Source: Callorhinchus milii (Eukaryota). From it: DNA of 64,000 nt. This document shows positions 38,400 to 50,639 of this stretch, one piece after another. A program made the position numbers and the translations under genes. The notes beneath the pieces were generated by a model. It worked only from the letters and a program-made list of their open reading frames with translations, was not told the DNA's origin and did not search any database. The stretch lies in the NCBI RefSeq assembly GCF_018977255.1, contig NW_024704742.1:72852001-72916000 (forward strand). The letters are read 5' to 3'. Positions within the stretch are counted from its first letter, which is position 1. Every line of letters begins with the position of its first letter.

Positions 38400-38532
38400 G
38401 ACAAACGCAAAATACTGCAGATACTGGAAATCTGAAAAGAAAAACAGAAGTGGCTGGGAACACTCAGCAGGTCAGGCAGCATCTATGGAGAGAGGAAAGA
38501 ATGCTGAGTGTTCCAAGCGACTTCTGTTTTTG
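38400..38532. mobile_element. Fold-back mini-element related to the Penelope-like repeat at 57260, with a 9-bp TSD
   Basis: Inverted arms 38441-38469 / 38502-38530 (27 of 29 match); flanked by ACTTTACAG at 38391-38399 and 38533-38541 inside a SINE tail. Confidence 0.7.
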
Positions 38533-38779
38533 ACTTTACAGTACATCCTTTAAAAGAACTTTGGGAAGTCTCAACGATGTGATAAGGCGCTATATCAAAT
38601 GCAAGTTTTATTATCTATCTTCTTCTATCCATTATTATATATTACATTATATATACTAATACAACAAAAATGTCTGTTTGCGCTCTCAATAACCAATTGA
38701 CGTAGAGACATGATTTATACCTCATTGGAAAGGTCTGCCTGTTCAGGTGGACATTAAAGAACCCAAGAAATCATACCCA

Positions 38780-39640
38780 GAGTGCTGTGGTCAGGCCATA
38801 CCTAGACTACTGCATACTGTTCTGATTGCCCTGATATAGGGGGGCTATCATCCTCCTCAGGGGCAACGTATGCAGGGTCTCCAGGGAGCTAAACTGGCTT
38901 TAAGGTGACATGTTTGGCAACGGAATGTTATAATCAAGGCAGCCTCTGAGGTGCTGTCGTAGTCCAATTCCTGAGTTAGGCAGATCCGCAGTATTCCAGG
39001 GCACTGCTGATAACAGCACAGGACTTGGAAGGACAGACCAGTAACTTGGGGTCAGGGAGTCATCCCATTCAGCTCCTGTTAACCCTGCAAACCAAAGCCT
39101 TAACGGGAAGCGGGTCCTAACTGGACAAGCAGCGAGGAAATTTGCCAGAAAGCAATATCAATGGCAAGCTATGCAGTTTTAGCTGGTTACATTCCAACGG
39201 GGTCCCCAAGCCTGGTCTCTTGCCAACCTGCTCCTAATACTTTCTGAAATCAGGTAAACAGGAATGTGTCCCTCCAGGGAGAGAGTGCACATTCCATTCC
39301 AATAATCTATCTCTAGAATTCCCATGTGTAAGTGGGATGCATTTAAATCTCAGTTTGGTTTGGATACTCTTAAGCATGGTGATGGGTTTCCGCATGTGTC
39401 AAACACCCGGCAAACCCCCCAAAAATCCAGGCCCTAGAGACAGTACAGAGGAGAGCAATAAAAATGATATCCAGTGTTATAGGAATGAGTTATGAGCAAC
39501 AATTAGTAAGCTAGAGCTCTTCAGATGAGTCAGAGGGGACCTTATAGAGGTATATAAGATTCTAAATGAGATTGAGAAACTAAGGGCAGAATAATACTTT
39601 CAAATATATATCAGTGCAACAGAATAAGAGGGCACAATAC
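38780..39640 (+). mobile_element. CR1 3' fragment split by element X
   Basis: VVRPYLDYCILF before 38850 and IQALETVQRRAIKMI..RGDLIEVYKIL after 39424. Confidence 0.8.
38850..39424 (+). mobile_element. Element X, full length (~575 nt)
   Basis: Starts ATCCTCCT like the copy ending at 33356, ends catgtgtcaaacacccggc..AAAA; possible 3-bp TSD ATC. Confidence 0.8.
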
Positions 39641-39806
39641 AAATTACAATACAATATAATTTACATTTATATAGCAGCTTTCATGTTGGGAGAACATCTC
39701 ACCTGAGTTGGGGGGGTGGGGGAGCTGAGTGAACGTGGAGTGGGGTGGTGGTGGAGTGAAAGATGGCCGAAAGCATGGTCAAGGAAAAATGTCTGAGATG
39801 AACCTT

Positions 39807-40173
39807 ATAATAATAGTCCTTGCATTTGATATAGAGCCTTATCATGTCTTCCAGACATCTCAAAGAGCTTCACAGAATATACTGTAAAGTGAATTAACTG
39901 TATATTTTGTGGGCAAAACATGGCAGCCAATTGTGCACAGCAGGTGTCCCACAAATAGTCGTGGATTAAATGACAAATTATAATTTTTTTAAGGGATTAT
40001 TACCCCCGGAAAAGTGATCCACCAATCAACTAACAACCAGGTTCCTACTTATTGCTAGGTAAACAGAGGTATGTGGATTAAGGAAACTTGTCCAACATTT
40101 CGTCATACCTGGGAATCGAACCCAGGTCTTCTCCCTTGCGAGACAAGTACTATAATCACTAAGCTACATGGAC
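39807..40173 (-). mobile_element. tRNA/CORE-like/Deu SINE (long variant) inserted in a minus-strand L2 remnant (~39650-40520)
   Basis: Reverse match to 29633-30006; L2-like sequence on both sides. Confidence 0.8.
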
Positions 40174-41734
40174 CTTGTGGGAGGCGAGGGAAGGAGTGAG
40201 CCAAAGGGACTCCAAATAGAGTTCCAGAGAGTGGGAGCAGATTCACAGAAAGCTTAAGCATCATTGGTGGGATAGGTGGGGCGGGGATGCAAAGCCAGTC
40301 GATGCCCACTGAGTAGGTTAGGGTCCCGGCAGCCTAAAGGGAGAGATAATTGCAGAAACAAGCAATGTTATGGAGGTGGCAGAAGAGCAGAGCAAGTCAT
40401 AGCACAAATGTGAGGTTTAAAGGATAGTTGAGAGTTGAACAAGACACCAAGGTTCCGCATAGGCTTCTCAAGGAGGAGTGCGCATCCAAGTAGTTTGATG
40501 CTATCCGCGCCTGTGGCTGCAAAGGGTTGCAAAGATTAATTTCAGGACAAATACCGGTAAGGTGTCCTAACGACTTGGTAATTAACTATCCAGAACTTTG
40601 CAACTTGTGCCCTCTCCCGTAACCGGCTCCCCGAGTCTATCACCCCATCCTCACCATCCTTGAACAGAGTACCAAGAGATGAGATGGAGGCAAGGACACT
40701 GGACTTATCTAAAAAGTAGCTTGATGCAGTGATGGGAGGATGGTATGGTGGGTGTTCTGGAACAATGAGATCAAATGAGCCAAAGGACTTTCTTCATCTG
40801 AACCTTGAATCTAGTTGTGAACAAAAAACATAAAAAAATATAAATTGAGGAAATTAATATGAATGAATATACTGTGCAATGCCATTAGCAGTTTGAAAAT
40901 AAGAGTAAATACTTAAAACTGTGTCACAATGATTGTATGAATATTTCAACAGTAAGTGACCAGCCAGGAATCTGGACCTACCGTACTTGGTTTGTAGTCA
41001 TGATATTCACAAAGGGGTGATCATAGTGCTGATATCTTGTGGTTTGCAAATTGCTGCTGGTGTTTTGCTTTCAGGCTGTGGCTCAGCCAGGTAAAGGATT
41101 GAAAGTTCCAACAAAGGTCAAAAAGAAAATGCCAGTCACAAAATGGCCTTTGTTGTTCTTCAGTAATTGGGATTTTGTTCCCAGTTTTAATCCAATTGCA
41201 TTTGCAAGTTGGATGTCACCATTAAGGCAATGGTTAACATTTTACAAATATCACATTTTCAGTTCCATTGTGGCATTTGTGTGATAATAATGGACAATGA
41301 GCAGAAAAGACAAACAGCTAATTTACTGGAATTATAATAACTGTTCTGTACTTTGGAAATGGTAACTAAGGGCATGGATTTTGTGAGTATGAACAGATGG
41401 AATAGTAGCGAGCTTATTAATTAATTGCAAGACTGAAATGATTTAAATACAAGTTGTAAGGTGGAGCTCACACCTCAGTATCAGTGGAAGATAATTTAAC
41501 TTTTAAAGAAATATTAAAGCGAAAACAGTTAAATGAGATGCCACATATCTGTTTCAAGAAACAAAAACAATATTGTCGTATAGCCACATTAAGTTCTGTG
41601 AACAGATGTACTGTATAACTTTGCAAACCACAAACGATCTATAATAGAGACTTTTGCCTTTATTTGCGGAACAGAAATTGCCATCTTGATTCTGTGATAG
41701 TTTAATATTATAATCATATTAAATCATATAATCA

Positions 41735-42185
41735 TCATCCTTGCACTGGTATGCCACCTTTCTCGTTGGGAGGACATCTCAGAGAACTTCACAGGTTTAA
41801 CTGTAAAGTGGAGTCACCGTGTATTTGTAGGTGAAGCAGCACCATAATTTGTGCACAGCAACGTTCCACAGAAAGCCCAGAGACGCTAACATGGGTATAA
41901 ATACAAGTTGTTGATATTGGTGTTGTTTGTGTTGTTTCCCAAGACACTGGGAGGTACTCCTTTCTCTTTTGGAATAGTGAATATTAGGATCTTTAACATC
42001 CACCTGAACAGGCAGACAGGATCTCGGTTTAACATCTAATCCAAAAGATAACACTTCCAATAATGCAGCACTCCCCCCAGCACTGGATTGAGGTGTCAGC
42101 CTTCACTAAGTTCAGAGTCCTGATTTCAGGTTTGACCCCACAACTTTCTGACTCAGAGCTAAGACTGTTGCCGCCTGAGCCAGCT
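41735..42185 (-). mobile_element. SacSINE1-like Deu-SINE, near full length
   Basis: ggatctttaacatccacctgaacaggcagacagg body; head actttctgactcagag..cctgagcc. Confidence 0.8.
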
Positions 42186-42224
42186 TGAAACTTGCTTGAT
42201 ATTGCTGCACATTTCACTTTAATT

Positions 42225-42556
42225 TCTCAGAGTTTCAGAGGCAATTGTGGTATCTATCCACAAGAAGGGCATAGACCTACAAAAGAACCTCACTAATTTC
42301 AGTAACTCTTTAGGCGGTGCTTTACGTAGTCACTGCACATTTATTGGACGCATTGGAGGCTCACGGTTTGATTGGAAAGGAACAGGCTGGGTTCGGTTCT
42401 TGTGAGGTGTGTATGGGGCAGGCTCTGGCTTTTCTTGAAATCAAGGAATGTTGTAAAGCTCAGGGGAACCCATCTATGTTGTGTTCATCGATTTCCACAG
42501 GGCCTTCAAACTAGTGAAGTCCTTATGGTGAAACTGGAAGCGAAGGGAATACATCG
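42225..42556 (+). mobile_element. Decayed non-LTR RT fragment (domains ~1-3) from a clade other than CR1/L2
   Basis: Across frames: AIVVSIHKKG / SLISVTL..GLIGKEQAGF..EVCMGQALAFLEI / YVVFIDFHRAF / KLEAKGI. Confidence 0.75.
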
Positions 42557-42865
42557 CCAATTTTATCTGGAGGATTTTTGGCCAGGACACGATTTCACCT
42601 GAACAAGCAAACCTCAGTTTAAGGTCTCATCCAAAGAACAGCATCTACAGCAACCAGCATACCCTCAGCACTTGGAATGTCAGCCTAAAATATGAGCTCC
42701 AAATTGCCGGTGTGATGCTTGAACTCACAACCTTCTTAATTAGAGGCACAAGTGCTACGAACTGACACCTACACAATTGCATTTGTTAACCAAATATTGC
42801 TGTCTACATCTAAATATTAAGAATACAGGATTACTAAGAAATATCCAAATGTTTCTCATTTAGAT

Positions 42866-43150
42866 CAGCAAGAGACCTGGGTTCGATTCCTGGCAGGGCA
42901 AAACCTTGAGCAAGTTTCCTTACTCCACATGCCTGATAATAATTCCTCAAGAAAATAAAACCAAAAAAAAAGAATCATTTATTCACTCAATCCACGACTG
43001 TTTGTGGGACACTGCTGTGTGCAATTGGCTGTCACGTTTCACCCACAAATGTACAGTCAATTCACTTTACACTATATTCTGTGAAGTGCTTTGAAATGTC
43101 TTGAAGACGTGAAAAGCGCTATATCAAATGCAAGGATCATTTTTATTACA
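42866..43150 (+). mobile_element. tRNA-derived SINE, short variant, 5'-eroded
   Basis: gagacctgggttcgattcc B box, Deu core and tail. Confidence 0.85.
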
Positions 43151-44559
43151 TTATTATTAAAAGATGAAAAATAAAGCTTCTCTTTTGCATAACTAGTTAA
43201 AAGATTACTGTAACATTACACTATCACTGTAGATGGATTGGTATTATCTGTACTTGCAGCGTGATAAAAGTACTATAGTACAGCTGTAAGAGAAGTCACT
43301 CAGGTAACCTTGTTTTCACCCTGCTTTTATTACCAAGCTGCAGATTTTTATCAGAGCAAAAACTTCCTGGAATATATTTGGTTGCTCTTGTTCTTAGAAA
43401 CATAAATATAAACATATACTGATGTTGTGGTTTCTTTGCAATCGGCATCCATGCAAAATTGTTACATATATTAGCATGTTCATAAGCCTTGGTGCTTGTA
43501 CTTTCAGGAAGGAGTTCTGGCTCCCAATAGTCTGCTTTTTTTTTGCTTTGTCTGACACAAACGGAACAAGTGTGATTCCAGAGACTATGGTTATTGTGCA
43601 GTGACCATGTGTCCCAGCTCCATACCTCGTAAGATCTGACTCTGACACAAGTGAACCCGATTTGATAATGGAAAGATACCAAGTTGGAGCGAGTTAATAC
43701 AATACAGATTTACATTTATATTGCGACTTTCATGTTGGAAGGTCATGGTCAAAGCACTTAATAATGTTAGATGGGTCCTAGCTGGGGGTGAGAGCTGAGG
43801 AAGTGGGGAAGGAGAAAGATAACTGAACGAGGTATGTTTAACCCATACATGTGTGCATGTTGGACATTAATCAACAGGGTAAGTAAGACAAAGGTAGGAA
43901 GACATTTGCAGATACACAAAACACAATTGGAATTTGTTTTACAATCGCCAATAGCTATTATGGTGGGGTTGTCACAGAATCCGGGAAAACAACTTCCAAT
44001 TGAAGAAAGCTCTTAACTTCATTGAATGTGTTTTACCAATCTCACACTTCCAGAACACCAACCCTATTGTCCTCCCATTACAACAACAAGATTATTCTTA
44101 AATGAGTCCAGAATCAATCACCCTTCCTTGTTAGCTTTTCCTGTTGTTGTTTACCTTTTGGGTAAGAAATATTTCCTGATATCTATCTTAACTTCCTTTC
44201 AAATAAGGACCCTTGCCCTCTTGTCCTGCTGCTTCGGTGCATCTGGAATTATTATGCTGGGTTTACTTTGTCTCTCTCATTTAGCATCACTGGCAAGTGA
44301 GCACAACATGGATTTAAATGAATTCTTCCAGGTATCAAACATGAGGAGAGCTCCGCTAAACAAGACATATTGCCAGCCAGTCTACAAAATCCAACTTCCT
44401 TCAGGCTGCATTCCTTGCAGTATAGTTTGTGAAATCAATAGTACTCAGTAAATGAAATAGCTTCTTCACCATTCTCAACTTAAACATTTAATTTGAGAGA
44501 AAGTCAAGAATTGATTAAATTAATTAACGCAGTTGACTTTCCATTTCTGCGAAACTTAC

Positions 44560-44655
44560 AATCCAGCTGCTCCATCATAAAATCATTCCACGGCCTGTCT
44601 AGCATCAGAGTCAGCAACTTTTAAGTCAATACCACTGACGTGTTGCAGTTGGTCT
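44560..44655 (-). other. Candidate 96-bp exon (non-coding, or 5'UTR plus start codon)
   Basis: Acceptor tttctcctcctcacAG, donor ATT|gtaagt; stops in all three frames, but ATG-initiated MLDRPWNDFMMEQLD runs into the donor. Confidence 0.3.
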
Positions 44656-45820
44656 CTGTGAGGAGGAGAAATGGTCTTTTGATGCTTCTCAGTACCGATG
44701 GATCTGGCTTTGCCCTGATCCATGTGAAGCAGATTCTACTGATTGATAATGTCCGCTACAGTTTGTTTGCTTACAGAAGAGTCCATTGTGTCTATGATGT
44801 CACTTGGAAACCAGATTACATTGGAACCAGGAACTGCTCCAATCTCCAAATGACAGTTTTAATGACATATAAGAGGTGAAGGCATAACTATCTATCATCT
44901 ATATAACTATTTATATAGTGTCCTTCACTTAAGAAAACATGTTGGCGTGCTTTCCGAAGACAAGGGTCGGATCCTAAGCAGGGGAGTGGAAAAGGGAAGG
45001 TGAAGGTGAAGAAGCGTAGGGTTAGGTACGGTCAAAGAGGTAGGTTTTAAGACTGTGCTAGTTGGAAGCTCTTATGGAGTATAAACACTGGAATAAACCA
45101 GCTGGGTTGAATGGCCTGTTTGGGTGCTGTATGTAATGGGGAAGTGACCATAGGCACTGTTGAAGAGATTTTTTTAGGTGGGTTTTGAAGATAGAGTCGG
45201 CAAGATAGAGGGGGTTGAGGGAGGGAGTTCCAGAGGGTGGGTATGTAATCACTGAAGACTCATCTAGATCATGGGGTGAGGGACACACAGTAGGCCAGTT
45301 AGTCAAGCAGGAAAATGAGAAACAAGAGCAGCACAGTGAAGAATCCAGGAACATTTGTATCACTAATGTATCAAAATATACAAAATATTCTAACCTATAA
45401 ACCTATAATCCCTATAGTTTTCTCTGAAGATCCAGTATTCCGTGGAAACTCACTCTTAAGGCAGTCAATAGGTTGGACTATTTTATCGTTATTAAGGAGG
45501 GCCTCTCTTCAGTGAATTTGGGATTTGGGGATTTTCAGTTACAAATAATAAAAAAAAGATAGACCAAATAATTGTCATGAATAGTGAGTTAACTCATTAC
45601 TGAAGGGCCGACAAGGTGAGGTTCCACTGGAATTAATGTTGAACGGAAAGATGCACCATAGCTTGTGCCAAAGTACTACTAGGTGTTTAAAACACATCCA
45701 GTGGTATTTACAGTAAATCCTGGAAATTACGTGAAAGTTCTACATCAAATGCAAAGGTTATTATTATAAGAACATTCTTCAGCAATTAATTCTCGTGACA
45801 GCTATGTGCCTCAGCTTGCG

Positions 45821-45834
45821 GTTGCCATAGCAAT
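45821..45834. promoter_or_regulatory. RFX X-box-like motif GTTGCCATAGCAAT
   Basis: One mismatch from GTTGCCATAGCAAC; non-repetitive context. Confidence 0.3.
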
Positions 45835-46556
45835 CCTGTGCACACTCTCTCATGTTAGAATAGCTGCAAAAAGCCTGAGTTGAACGTGCTGTGTTTACTG
45901 TCAGTTATTTGAACTACGTGAAACAATATCCTTCAATCTCTATCTAAAGAATTTATTACTTCTGAGGGAAGATTATTCTAAAGCAAATAAGCAAATACGT
46001 TGCCATTACATTTAATGCCAGTAACATCAGATTAGAGTGATAACGCTTCGTGTGATTATAGCTGTGTTTGTTCTTCCTGAGGGTTAGTGTGTGCCTTCAG
46101 CTTTGTTAGTGCTGATATTTGTGGTTTACTTTTTCCTCTTAATATCATTTGTTTAAAGAACTCCAGTGCAATCCTTATCCCCCAACATAAAAGGTAAACA
46201 GAACAGGGTGAAAAAGTGACATTTCACAATAGATTTGGTATATCACATCACATTGAATCTGTTGAGAAACAAAGAAATTTCAATCAATACTTATTGACTG
46301 GTTTCAATTCTGAACCCCCTCAGGCTTTGGCAAATATGTCTGGACCCAAATATCACCAAGCTTCCATTCATGAGGAATGTATATTTGAACATCTAAAAAT
46401 AGGATATCAGATTAATTCAAATCATATCCTGTAAAGTGGCACTCAGATTCTAGTCATGGCCTTTAAAAAAGGATATTTGTCCCAGTACACACTTAGCCCC
46501 AATACACAATGGCAGCCAAACAATTTACAAACATTATACCAAACTTATAGGATTTG

Positions 46557-46770
46557 TTTTGGCCAGTCGGATGTCCAGCACATGCAGAAACCCATCATCG
46601 TGTTTATGAGTATCCAGAAATAAATCCATATATGTATGCCATAGAAACATGGAGATTTCCTTGTGTCTGGAATGGATTGGTGGCTCCTCTGGAGGGACAC
46701 ACAATGATCACCTAATTCTGAAATGAATTAAGTACAGGCTGGTAAGAGCCAAGACTTGGGGATACCCCTG
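46557..46770 (-). mobile_element. Element X, diverged 3' fragment
   Basis: T run, then cacatgcagaaacccatcatc..gagtatcca..ctggagggacac..gccaagacttggg. Confidence 0.65.
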
Positions 46771-46774
46771 GAAA

Positions 46775-47232
46775 AGTGATCTGCCAATCAACTAACAACG
46801 GGGTTCCTACTTACTGCTAGGTAAACAGAGGCGTGTAGAGTAAGGAAACTTGCCCAATATTTTACCCTGCCTGGGAATCGAACCCAGGTCTCTCGCTTGT
46901 GAGGCGAGTGCTCTAACCACTGAGCTACAGGACTCGACAATGTCCCACATAGAGCCATGAAGTAAATGACCAATTGTATTTGGGGATTCTTGGTCAGGAG
47001 ATCAAGAGGAACACCCTTTTGTTTTGAAATAGTGTCATGGTTCTTTAACATCCACCTAAACAGACAGACTAGACCTCGGTTTAATGTTTCATCCAAAATA
47101 TGGCACCTCCAATAATGCAGCCCTCCCCCAGCATTGAATTACAGTGTCAGCCTGGACTATGACCTAAAAGTCTTGACATGGAGCTTGAACCCATAACCTT
47201 CTGACTCAGAGGCAACTGAGAGAGGCTGGCAC
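46775..47232 (-). mobile_element. tRNA-SINE head, long variant with CAC loop (~46775-46934), abutting a SacSINE1-like SINE (~46936-47232)
   Basis: tctcgcttgtgaggcgagtgctctaaccactgagctacaggactc, then tttaacatccacct..ccttctgactcagaggc. Confidence 0.8.
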
Positions 47233-47844
47233 TTGATACGGTAATTACCGCAACAAATCTATTATGAAACTGTGGAACTTTAATTGTTAATTATTGACTA
47301 GTTTCAGGCCTAGGAATTTGCTGAGTTTGAAAATTATAGTTTGAAAATGATTTGATCGCCATCCTAGGTCGGAACCAGGCAATTGAGGAAGAAACATAAT
47401 GTTCTATGAGCTTCGAGGCAGCAGTTGAATACTGCTTTCCAGTTTACTGACAAATATGTCTCAAATACATCATTTTCCACAATGGTGGAATATTTGTGTT
47501 GATTTAACACAGAGATCATTGGTCTCACCATAACACCAAAGCCAGGGGGTCATTTATTTCATTGTATTTAGTCTCTTATTAAATAGAATCATAGTTAATG
47601 CCCAGTTAGTGTCCAGAACACCACTTCTTTCTGTTGCAATATGTGTCAGCCTGGCATAATGGTAGCACTCTCGCCTTTTGAGTCAGAAGGTTATGGGTTC
47701 AAGCCCCAAGTCGGCATTTGGAATCATACAGTCTGAACTGACACTCCAATGCTGTGCACACCTGGCTGCCGTGTTTCACTCACAATATACACAAAAGTCA
47801 TAAGCTCTTTATATTATATCCTGTGAAGCATTTTGATACGCCTC

Positions 47845-48130
47845 AACAGAGTTCCAAAGCTTTGGGGCAAAGTAGCTGAAAACGCAGCCGCTGATGGTGG
47901 AGTGGAGGGGACGAAGGACAAGCAGGAGGCCAGAGCCAGCCGAGCGGAGGCAGTGGGTAGTGGAGTGGGGAGAAAGCAGACCAGAAAGGCATGGGCATGA
48001 AGGGATTTAAAGACGAGTGAGAGGATCTTGAAATCAATTGTTCTGTGATAGGGAGCCAGTGGCAAGAATGGGTGTGATAGGGGTATGGAGTTCAGTACGT
48101 GTGAGAATATAGGCGGCAGAGTTCTCAATC
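47845..48130 (-). mobile_element. L2 C-terminal fragment
   Basis: IDFKILSLVFKSLH; ccaccatcagcggctgcgttttcagc on the reverse strand. Confidence 0.75.
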
Positions 48131-48354
48131 AGAGGAACTCTTCTTGCCGCTTTGCCGTAACCCTAATCAGTTTCATGTGGCTCATGGGAGGGATTTTCCA
48201 CTATTGACCATGGTTACGTAAAGAACAGTTACATTCTGAAGCCTCTTATTTAAGCACATCCTGTCACCCAGAGGTACTCTCTCTATTTAACTGGAGGAAT
48301 ACAATTCAGGCTAAAATTAAATATAATATCCTGCAACTGAAGAGAACAAATACA

Positions 48355-48600
48355 TTTTTTTTGATCAGCCGGTTGTCTGAAACATGCGGAAAACCCATCA
48401 TCAAACTTAAGAGTATCCAAACCAAGCTGAGATTTCCAAGCATCCTAATACACATGGAAATCCCAGAGATAGATTGTTGAAATGGAATGCGCACTCTCTC
48501 CCTGGAGGGATGCATCCTGCTTACCTAATTCTGGAAAGTATTAGGTGCAGGTTGGAAAGAGACAAGGGATGGGGACCCCAGCATGTGCGTTAAGGTATTG
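48355..48600 (-). mobile_element. Element X, 3' ~240 nt
   Basis: T run, then gatcagccggttgtctgaaacatgcggaaaacccatc..ctctctccctggaggg. Confidence 0.8.
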
Positions 48601-48745
48601 CTGAAGGACAACCTAAGGCACTATATCAAATGCTAGGATTGTAATTAATTACAATAAGTACAATCTTATTATTTATTTCTAGATCATCATCTCCCATTAT
48701 TTCACTGTTATTAATTTTCTATTCCATCTGCCTTGTGAGTCCTAA

Positions 48746-49326
48746 TTTTTGACTGACCAAATCACCATGCGTAAGAATATCCAAACTAAACTGAAAATTG
48801 AATGCATCCCATCTGCACTGGAGATCCCAGAGAGAGAATGGAATGTGCACTCTCTCCCTGGAGGGACATACCTTGCTTACCTAACTCCGAAAATTATTAG
48901 GCACAGGTTGGCAAGAACCAAGGTTTGGGGACCACAGAGTGTCCATTGGGGTAACTGCGGGAGTCTAACCAGTTAAAACAGCATAACTTACCGTTAATAT
49001 TGCTCTCTGGCAAGCTTTCCTGCTGCTTGTCCAGCTAGGACCACCCTATCCTTTAGAGCTTTGGCTAGGATGGTTAATAGGAACTGAATGGGGTGACTCC
49101 CTGCCCCCAGAGAATGGTCTGCCCTTCCAGGTCCTGCTGTTGAGCCAGGCTGGGCTGTTCTGTCATCAGCAGTGCCCTGGAATACTGTGGACCCACCTGG
49201 CTCCGGAACTGGACTAGAAACTATTACAGAGGGCTGGCTCGATTCTGATATTCTGTTGCCAGGCATGTCATCTTTGAGCCTGTTCAGCTCCAAGGAGATC
49301 CTGCTTATCTCACACCCAAGGAGGTT
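48746..49326 (-). mobile_element. Element X, near full length
   Basis: Collinear with 38850-39424 from the T run to the 5' CCTCCT start, including the 5' hairpin region. Confidence 0.8.
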
Positions 49327-49676
49327 AGTGGAACAAATAAACCACATTCATGAGGGAGAAGGGATTAGATGGATATGGGGGAGACTATGGAGGAAGGATT
49401 TAGATAGTTTTGGTCCAACTAGTTTATATTACACATGAGGCTGATAATAATCAGAGCTCACAGAACTATTCTAGTTCTGTACAGTCTATGTTTATTAGTA
49501 CAATGTGTATCAATGTGGTCTCCCACAATTCAATATGGATTAACTTTTTGGTTAACTGAAAATGAAGTGGTAACATACAACAGAGAGATTGCTCAGTGTG
49601 GGTGGTCCAATTAAAAATAAAACTTATTTTCATCTTTTTCAAAAATACTTATTTTGTGGGTGAATTTACCAAATTT

Positions 49677-50036
49677 GGAGTCCCATATTGGTTGGAGCAC
49701 TATCCTCCAAGCAAAAGGACCCAGATTCGATTCCTGGGCAGGGCAAAACCTTAGACATGTTTCCTTACTTCCCACACTTCTGTTAGCTAGTAGTAAGTCG
49801 GAACCCAGTTGTTAGTCAATTGGTGGATCATTTTCCAAGAGTAATAATCCCTTCAAAAATAAATAATAATAATTTGGTCACTCAATCCAGTGTTTGTGGG
49901 ACACTGCTGTGCCCAATTGGCTACTGCATTTCACCCATAAAATATACAGACAATTCACTTTACCGTATATTCTGTGAAGGGCTTAGAGATGTCTCGAAGA
50001 TGTGATAAGGCTATATCAAATGCAAGGATTGTTATA
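49677..50036 (+). mobile_element. tRNA/CORE-like/Deu SINE, long variant, diverged
   Basis: ggagtcc head, ttcgattcc B box, Deu core and tail. Confidence 0.8.
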
Positions 50037-50639
50037 ATTAGAGTAAATCTAGACCCAGGTGGAATTTCTACATCCATGATTGTTCCATGTTAACATTCGG
50101 CCACCCTCCTATCCCTACCCTTCCTGCCCTCCATCCCCCTCATCCCAAACCCATGCTAGGGTCCAAATCCCTGACTGAACAGTGCCTTAGGAAGTCTTCC
50201 CAACATGAAAGGCACTATACAAATGCAATTTGTTGTTGTTCTTGTTGTTGTTTCCTAACTGGGTGCTGCAGTATCTTTATTGTTCTGCTGAAATGATTGC
50301 ATTATACTATAGTTTGTATATGTTATCCTTACTGCAATTCACCCACAAAATATACAGTCAATTCACTTTACATTATATTCTGTGAAGCACTTTGAGACGT
50401 TTCAAAGACATGATAAGGCACCGTGATATGGTAAGGATTGTTATAATTATATTATTGTTTTCTATTGATACCAGAACATGTGCAAACTCTTCTTACGACA
50501 AAGCTTTTACTGGTTCAATGGCTGAAACTCAAGTTTAGCTACAGGATTTCAGTTTAGAGAAGTCGTAAGAGATCAATCCCATCACCTTCCTGGAGATAGT
50601 CTCATGACATCAGCTTTGCATCAGCTGCAGGAAGGTTTA

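Noticed and set aside
38850..39424. Element X as a telomerase RNA, 7SL or 7SK retrocopy
   Set aside because: The size is similar, but there is no CTAACCCT template repeat or other hallmark I can recognise; an Rfam search is needed to exclude this fully.
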